Part shown: positions 56,278 to 64,000 of the stretch, one piece after another | Layout of the letters: each line of letters begins with the position of its first letter | Numbering within the stretch: position 1 is the stretch's first letter | NCBI GenBank assembly: GCA_026936335.1 | Contig: JAPMXV010000043.1 | Span: forward strand, 496,001-560,000 | DNA: 64,000 bases | Source: Mantamonas sphyraenae STR306 | Taxonomy: Eukaryota > Protista > CRuMs | Direction: 5' to 3' | Program-made: the position numbers and the translations under genes | Notes under the pieces: model-generated | Told to the model about the DNA's origin: nothing | What the model saw: only the letters and a program-made list of their open reading frames with translations | Databases searched by the model: none

Positions 56278-58429
56278 ATGCCTTCCCACCCACCCACACG
56301 CACCCACCGCAGCCAACACTCACAACGCACTTCCTATCCAGGCAACGAACAAGTGACCATCGCTGTGCAAGACGTCGACGTCGAGTCCGCGCAAGTGAAG
56401 GGCAAGGAAGGAAAGGAAGGTGAAGAGCCTGAGGTTCCCACCGTCCCGCTGACTTCCATCATGGCCTATGGCAAGGACCGATACGGCCTCTTGTACCTCG
56501 GCCTTTTTGTCTCTGTCCTCAACGGCACCGTCATGCCCGTAAGTAACGCTCTTGCGAGTTCCCGAGCGGTTCCCGGTGCATGTCACAGCGGACGGAAATT
56601 TCGCAGAAAAAAACCCACCGCCACGTCATATGCTTAAGGAGGGTGTAGCACGGCATCAACAATATTGAGCGAGTCATCGAATGTGTGCAGATGCTGACGC
56701 GTGCCCGTGCTTGTTCCACACACCATCTGCACGACCGCTGCAGGCGTTTTGCATCATCCTCGGTGAGATCTTCAACGTGTTCCTTCGCCCCGCAGGCGAA
56801 ATGGAAGCGTTGATCAACCAGTACGTGCTGGGATTTGTGTTGGTGGGCGTGGCCGCCTGCTTGATGAGCTACTTGAGCAATGCCTCGCTGATTGTGTTTG
56901 GCGAACACACGGTCTCCGAGCTGCGCCGCCAGTACTTTGACGCCCTCCTGCGTCAGGAGGTGGGTTTCTACGACGAACAAGAGAGCGGCACGTTGATCTC
57001 GCGCATGAACAGCGACATCACCACCATCCAGAACGGCATCTCGGAGAAGCTGGGCACGTTTGTGACGCAGCTCGCCCAACTCGTCGTCTCCATCGGAATC
57101 GCCTTTTACTACTCGTGGGACATGACCCTGGTCCTCCTCGGCGTCTCGCCTGTGCTTGTGATCACGGGCGCCCTGCAGGCAAAGATCTTTGAGGGTACCA
57201 CGCAGGCCATTCAAGAGTCCTGGGGCCGCGCAGGCCAAGTCGTGAGCGAAGTTCTTGGCAACGTGCGCACTGTGTACGCTTTCACTGCAGAGGACCACGA
57301 GCGCACTCGCTTCCAGAGCGAGCTCGATTCGGTGTACGAACAGGCCAAGAAGCGCGCACACAGCACGGGCTTTGGCAACGGCATCAGCTTCGCCATGATC
57401 TTCTTTGTCTACGCCCTGGGCTTCTGGTACGGCGGCCTGGCCGTGCGCGAGGGATCCATCGAGCCGGGCGACATTCTGATTGTGTTTTTCGCCATCGTCA
57501 TCGGCGCCAGCGGCCTGGGCCAGTTCTCTTCGGTTATCCCGGACATCCTCAAGGCACGCGTGTCTGGCGCCGCCATTTTTGCCGTCATTGCGCGCGAGCC
57601 GCTCATCGACGTGGACAGCAAGGAGGGCGTCAAGGCAGACAACCTGGAGGGCAACGTCGTGTTTGACGATGTCCGCTTTGCCTACCCGACCCGCAAGGAC
57701 AACATTGTCATGGAGAACTTTTCGCTCGACGTGCGCGCAGGCATGACGGTGGCCCTGGTGGGTCCGTCGGGCAGCGGCAAGAGCACCACCATTTCCCTGC
57801 TGCAGCGCTTCTACGAGCCCCTCTCGGGCAGCATCAAGATCGACGGCACCGAGGTCAGCGACTACAACCTGCGCTCCTTGCGCCAGCAGATGGGTGTTGT
57901 GTCCCAGGAACCCGTCCTGTTCAGCGGTACCATCATGCAGAACATCAAGTACGGCCGCAGGGATGCAACCGACGAAGAGGTGGTGCAGGCAGCTCGCGAG
58001 GCAAACATCCACAACGACATCCAGGGCTTCAAGGAGGGCTACAACACGCCGTGTGGCGAACGTGGCGCACAGCTCAGCGGTGGCCAGAAGCAGCGCATCT
58101 GCATTGCTCGCGCCCTCCTCCGCAACCCCAAGATGATCTTGCTTGACGAGGCCACGTCGGCTCTTGACGCTGAAAGTGAGGGCGTTGTGCAGGAGGCTCT
58201 GGAGCGCCTCATGAAGGGCCGCACGACCTTTGTGATTGCCCATCGCCTCAGCACCATCCGTGACGCAGATCTCATCCTCGTCATCGACCAGGGACGCATT
58301 GTCGAGCAAGGCACCCATCAGCAGCTCATGGACTTGTCCGGTGTCTACAGCGCCCTCGTTGCTCGTCAGCTCAGCGGAGGCAACAGCAACGACGACGACG
58401 ACGGTCTGGAGGAGAAGAAGGATGTGTGA
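56278..58429 (+). CDS. ABCB (MDR/TAP) half-size transporter, TMD+NBD; intron 56540-56743; start uncertain
   Basis: Walker A GPSGSGKS, Q-loop VSQEP, LSGGQKQR, LLDEATSALD, IAHRLST. Confidence 0.9.
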
Positions 58430-58554
58430 GCAGTGCCCCGTGGCTACACACCACACACACCCACACACAATGTACAGCGCGGGCGCGGTCGAAAACCCAA
58501 CCCTTTTCCACACATTCCCAACTCCTTGCCCCGCTGCACCGTCCAGGACTGAGC

Positions 58555-59648
58555 ATGAGCACGTCGTACGGAGCTTCGGAGTATGAAGAATTACTGAAGA
58601 AGGACCACGCGCCCACGACGCTGTTTCCGGCGTCGGGCGAGAACAAGTTTGAGGTTTCCGAGCTGCGCAAGGTAACCATACAGGCCAGCTGGAGGATCAC
58701 ACACCACAATGCGGTCCACAGACGCGTTTCGCACACTCACGCCCCCTTCCCTGCGTGCCACATGGCCTCACATGCGTCCCCACACAGATCTTTGACCGCA
58801 TCGACACAAAGGTACGTCACGGCGCAGACGGAAACACAGGCACACAGCGACGCGCACACCGCTGACACGCCCTCGACACGAGCAGAAGGACGGCGTGATT
58901 GACGCGCGCGAGATTGCCACAATGATGAAGTCGCTGAAGCACAAAGTGACCAAGGTAGGGCGTCCCACAGGAGGGTTGGGTTGCCGTTACTGCGTCTGGC
59001 GGCGCTGGCACGGCGTACAGACGGATTAGGGGCACACAAAACGTGTGCGTATGTGCGCGCGACTCTGCGCGAGCGGATACACTGACACATCATCGTACCG
59101 CAGCGCGAGGTGGAGGATATGATCTGGGAAATCGACGACGACGCAGACGGAGTGGTCGACTTTGACGAATTTAAAGCTATGTATGACCGGTGTGTGAACG
59201 ACACGTCTGGCAACGAACCCAAGGGCCTGTACAACCTGGTGGAGTTTCTATTTTTCGACCAGGACGGCAACGGCACCGTGAGCGTGGACGAGTGCATCAC
59301 CATCCTCATCAAGCAGTTTCGCTGCGACCTCACACCCATGGAGATCAAGTACCTGTTCCAACTCCACGGCTTTGATGGAGAGGCCGGCCTCACCTATGAG
59401 GAGTTTCTCAATCAGCTCAACTTTGTACGTGGCTATCCCTCCCCCACCGCCTCTCCCGCTGTCACCTCACTCACCCCCTCACCGCCCGTTTCACACAGCA
59501 CATCCCAACCTCCATCGCCGCCGAACTCACTACCGGCGGAGGAAAGAGCAGCAGCGGCAGCAGCAGCAACAGCAGTGGTCTGGACACGTCCAGTGGCAGC
59601 AGCAGCAGCAAGAAAAAGTCGAGCATCAGCAGCGGCGCACGCTATTGA
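58555..59648 (+). CDS. Calmodulin-like EF-hand protein, multi-exon; last exon uncertain
   Basis: ELRK|IFDRID, MIWEIDDDADGVVDFDEF, FDQDGNGTVSVDE. Confidence 0.8.
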
Positions 59649-59735
59649 GACACCCAATGCAATGAGGATCAACCATGCACCCCAACATGCACCATCACCT
59701 ATTCTTCTTGTCGTTTGTCGTTTCCATTCATTCGT

Positions 59736-61485
59736 TCATTCGGCCATTGCCAAATACTCGTCGCGCTGTCGCTTTTGGGTGGCAAACTGGCGGGCCACAA
59801 AGACAAAGGCAATGGCAAAGAGAGTCATCAGGACAGCAAAGAACACATAGTCCCAGGCCTGGGTGGGCAGGATGCGCAGATCGGCGGTGGCAGCGACAAA
59901 GAGATCGCCCATGGCCACGGTGAGTAGGAAGCAGGCCATGAGGACACTCTTCATGCTCTCAGGCGCCTGACTGTAAGCAAACTCGAGGCCGGTAATGGAG
60001 GCGAGGATCTCTGCAGCCGTAATGATAAAGTACTGCGGAATTTGCCAAAGGATGGACAGGCGGTTGCCGGCCTCGATGCTAAACTGGACCAGCGCAGCCA
60101 CGAGAAAGGCCACGGCCGCCAAGGCCATGCCCAGCACCATGCGTCGCAGCATGGTCAGAGGGAAGCCGCGACGGGCACACCACGGGTACAGCATGCGCTC
60201 AAACACAGGAATGCCCAGAATGATGAAGAGGGCGTTGATGGCCGACATCTGGTCGGGAAGAATGGTGATGGCGCCCAGTTGGCCATCCATCTGCAGGGCC
60301 TGGTACACAAAGCGCGACCCCTGCTGGTCGTACAGGGCCCAGAAGGCAGGCAGGGGCAGAAACACCTTGAGCACACGAAACACCTGCTTGGTCTCTTCGA
60401 TGATTTGGTCATCGTGTTCCAGTGAGGCTGCGTCCAGCCAGTGTGTCTTGTTGGCCACACGAGGGTTGTTGCGCTCGCGGATGGCGCTGCCGATTACGCC
60501 AAACACACGCGCCAACTGCGATCCCCGCGGAGGCACCTTGACGTAGGTGTGACGCCCTGCGTAGAACACCACAATGCTGATGGTCAGAAGCACGGCTGGT
60601 AGGGCAAACGCAGCCGCAAAGGAAAAGTAGTGCCGGATGAGCGGCGTGGCAAGGATGCTCACGAAGGAGCCCACGTTGATGCTAAAGTAGAAGATGTGGA
60701 AGAATGCAGTGATGGCCTCGTCGTCGTCGTTGCCTCCTTCGCCCACTTCGCCTCCAGTTTGGAATTGGTCGCCGCCAAATGAGCTCACGTTGGGCTTGAT
60801 GCCACCAGTGCCCATGGAAATCAACAGCAAGCCTATCACAAAGCCCCACGCTTGCGGAGGCTCTCCGGTCACGCCGGGGATGGCCGTCAGTGCCAGAATC
60901 ACTGTGCCAAAGCAGTACACAATCGACAGGTACTGTGTGCCGCACGTGATGGGAGGTCGGGTTAGCAACGCGCGTGGATGGTGGATTTGGGCAAGCGCGC
61001 ACGCCCTTTGTGCTTCCATACGTGGCTCTCAGGAGTCACTCGCCCCCCACGCCTGTGCTCACCAGAATGGTCCTATATTTGCCCAGATGCGCGTCTGCAA
61101 TATAGCCGCCGACAAGCGGCCAAAGATAGCTGATGGCGATGAACAGGTGATACGCGGTGACCGAGTTGTCCTCCGAGTAGCCCATAAAGTCGCGCAGATA
61201 CAGCACCAGAATGGCTCGCATGCCGTAGAAGGAGAAGCGTTCACACAGCTCGTTGGCTGTGATGAACCACACGCACACCGGGTAGCGCGAGAAGAAGCCG
61301 CCTTCTTTGTTGATGCTGTGGCGCTGCGGGCCCGTCGTTGACAACGGCGTTTCCTCCGTCTCGCGTCCGTCGTGCTGCCGGGGTTGGGTGGTGGAGGAGG
61401 GGAAGGAAGGGGGTTAGGGAGGGGAGAGCAGTCGCTTGAGGGCGAGGGCATGGCAGGCATAAAGGTCAGGGGGAGGACGCACCAT
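59736..61485 (-). CDS. Proton-dependent oligopeptide transporter (POT/PTR2, PEPT1-like); two introns
   Basis: ELCERFSFYGM, GGYIADAHLGKYRTI, GTGGIKPNVSSFGGDQF, FYFSINVGS, LEFAYSQAPESMKS. Confidence 0.92.
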
Positions 61486-61506
61486 GGAAGGCAAACGAAA
61501 GCAAAG

Positions 61507-62358
61507 ATGGTAGGCTGCCTCCCGACGGCGCACAAACACCGTGCGCGTCACACTCGCTCACACCACGCCACACACATACACACAGGGTGCCGACATCTCG
61601 CAGATGGAGGAGTATGACATCGACGCGATGGTGGAGGAGACAAACTGTGGGTTGCAGCGTGGCCACGCATTTCCACGACGCCGGCGCTGTGAGCTGCAGC
61701 CCAGGCGCACGATCCACACGGACGCTCACACGCATACACACACACACACACACGCACACACGCACTACTCTCAGTCGATCGTGACGAAATCAAGAGGTTG
61801 TACAAACGCTTCTCACGCCTGGACAAGGACGAAGACGGCGCCGTGTCGACGCGCGAGCTGCTGAACATCCCAGAAGTGGCCATGAACCCGCTGTCTCACC
61901 GTGTCGTGCTCATCCTTTGCCCCGAGGTCGATTCACAGATCAGTTTCAAGCAGTTTGTCCACAAGCTGTCGCCGTACCACATCAAAGCAAGCAAGGAGGA
62001 GAAAGTGAAAGGTCAGCTCCAGGAATGGCCCTTTCTTCAATCGCCGCACGGTCACCAAATCGACCTCTGCCCAATGGCTCACATGCACACACCCACACCC
62101 ACAACCCACACAGCTGCCTTTGAGGTGTATGATATCAACGGCGACGGCGTGATCGAGCAGTGGGAGCTCAGGGAGGTCTTGAGCACCATGGTTGGACCCA
62201 ACCTCGAGGACGAGAAGCTCAACGCCATTTGTTCAAAGACCGTTGCCGAGGCAAGCACAGCTCAGAACGAAGACGGCGAGGCTGTCATCTCCTTGGATGA
62301 TTTCGCAAAGGTGCTGGAGAACACCGATTTGTCTACCGCTCTCAGCATCAAGTTTTGA
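61507..62358 (+). CDS. Calcineurin B / CHP-like EF-hand protein with N-myristoylation-type MG start, multi-exon
   Basis: M|GADIS, TNF.RDEIKRLYKRFSRLDKD, IPEVAMNPL, AFEVYDINGDGVI, MVGPNL. Confidence 0.85.
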
Positions 62359-62879
62359 GCAGGAGCCGGCCGTGGTATGTCTTGGCTTGGAGAACACAAG
62401 GCATAGAATGGTGCACGGATGTGGGTTGGATCGTTGACGACGATCTGGAGACGACACCGAGGAATCGGATTGCCGTGTTCTGAAGAATCGGACCAGAGGG
62501 ACGCTGGTGGGGTGAATGCGAATGAAGGAAACATCCAAACGTGTTGCGTTGTGTTGTGTTGGGGTCAGAAACGGTTTGTCCAGGTGAGGGAACACAGAGG
62601 AGTGGTTGGGCACAGTTTGACACCAGAACCAACTGCTCCCATCCACGATCAGCTCCACGACACACAGTACACTCCTATGCTCGCCGTTTATGCATGCACC
62701 TCGCCTCCTACCGACACAGCACCAGGTACACATTCACGCTTCCCATCCATCCATACCCACATCCGTCCGTCGCGGGTGGCTCGCTCTCTTCTGAGCCTTC
62801 CTCGCCTGCAACCATGAACATCGCCACACGCAAACCAACATTCCCCGTCACGGTCCAGGTTGTGCAACCCGTCGGCTTG

Positions 62880-63324
62880 TTTCGCGCCCGACTTTTGCTC
62901 CGACGCATCCAAACCAAATCAAAGAAAAAAAGCGCGCACCCCCGCCCCCTTTTTCCACGATTGCGACACACGAAACACACACACACACACACACAATGAG
63001 CACATCGCCAGAGACCACACCCTTTGTGAGCGACAAGATGATGGAGGGACCGTCGCCATCAAAGATCGACACGAGCGGCCAGAGCGGCGCGCTGCTGAGC
63101 GACCGGCTGGTGATCAAAGCGGGCGTCAAGAAGCCGCTGGAGTTGGCCAGCGCAAGCCAAGAGGAGAGCAAGGAGACTAGCACGACGGCCGATGTGGAAG
63201 CATTTGTGGAGCCGATGCTGAAGGAGAACCCGAACCGGTTTGTGATCTTCCCTCTGCAGTACCATGCAGTGAGTTGTGTGCGGGGTTCGAAATTGGCGGG
63301 AAAGCAAGCTTTTGGCGCGCAAAA
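62880..63324. promoter_or_regulatory. E2F-type sites upstream of RRM2 and in its first intron
   Basis: TTTCGCGC (62880-62887), TTGGCGGGAAA (63293-63303), TTTGGCGCGCAAAA (63311-63324). Confidence 0.6.
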
Positions 63325-64000
63325 GGGTCCCGACAGGTTCCCGGCGCGATTGCGAGAGAGGGCAAGAGGGAATGCGGATGGGGTGTGGAGCAAGACACAC
63401 GCAATGGACTAACCCAGCACGGGATGCAGGTTTGGGACATGTACAAGAAGCACGTGGCGTCGTTCTGGACGGCTGAGGAGATCGACCTGCAACAAGACCT
63501 GACGCACTGGAGCTCGATGAGCTCGGACGAGCAGCACTTTATCAAGCATGTGCTTGCGTTCTTTGCGGCGTCAGACGGGATTGTGAACGAGAACCTGGCA
63601 GTGAACTTTAGCAACGAAGTGCAGATTCCGGAGGCGCGGTTCTTCTACGGGTTCCAGATCATGATGGAGAACATCCACAGCGAGGTGTACTCGCTGCTGA
63701 TTGACACGTACATCAAGGACCTGGAGGAGAGGCAGCACCTGTTGAATGCGATTGAGACGGTGCCGTGCGTGGCGAAAAAGGCAAACTGGGCGTTGAAGTG
63801 GATCGAGTCGGCAGAGGCGTTTGGGGTACGACTGGTGGCATTTGCGGCCGTGGAGGGGATCTTCTTTAGCGGGTCGTTTGCGGCGATCTTCTGGCTGAAG
63901 AAGCGTGGACTGATGCCCGGACTGACGTTCAGCAACGAGCTGATCTCGCGGGACGAGGGACTGCACTGCGACTTTGCGTGTCTGCTGTTTGGGATGCTGG
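62996..64000 (+). CDS. RRM2: Ribonucleoside-diphosphate reductase small subunit; 3'-partial; intron 63269-63429
   Basis: [70 protein letters not shown]. Confidence 0.97.

Noticed and set aside
55856-56323. Small ORF in the element 5' region as a possible transposase
   Set aside because: Non-ATG start, crosses the TIR, and shows no DDE, HUH or serine-recombinase motifs
56531-58513. 660-aa minus-strand ORF
   Set aside because: Antisense shadow of the ABCB transporter
44339-64000. RNR large and small subunits plus Fanzor as an endogenous giant-virus segment
   Set aside because: RRM2 and its neighbours have spliceosomal introns and host-like codon use; no viral hallmark genes are visible

Overview
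A very compact, GC-rich, intron-containing eukaryotic genome segment, probably from a flagellated protist. Introns are GT-AG with CTRAC-like branch points and CA/TG microsatellites, and the ciliary genes PACRG, CFAP119, Rab23 and an NME8-like thioredoxin are present. It holds about 29 protein-coding loci, mostly housekeeping: Sec24, PP5, RPL13, RPS16, CARMIL-like, three GT47/exostosin genes, a multi-PHD protein, both ribonucleotide reductase subunits, and ABCB, POT and EF-hand genes. The main discovery is a ~5.85-kb element (50381-56225) bounded by 26-bp terminal inverted repeats. It encodes one intronless, unusually large (~1,676 aa) TnpB/Fanzor-like protein with an apparently intact RuvC triad and zinc finger, an N-terminal SAP-like motif and possibly a degenerate PIN/XPG-like region. 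A structured ~180-nt 3' non-coding segment sits where an omegaRNA scaffold is expected, so this is a candidate eukaryotic RNA-guided nuclease system. Other notable features are a ~2.9-kb inverted duplication (RPL13+PACRG) around an AprA-like gene and RPS16, clustered E2F-type sites at both RNR genes, a probable pseudo-peroxiredoxin, and ATG-only first exons, including a divergent pair whose start codons are 21 bp apart. All family calls come from motif recognition by eye; no database searches were run, and exon boundaries were inferred by hand.
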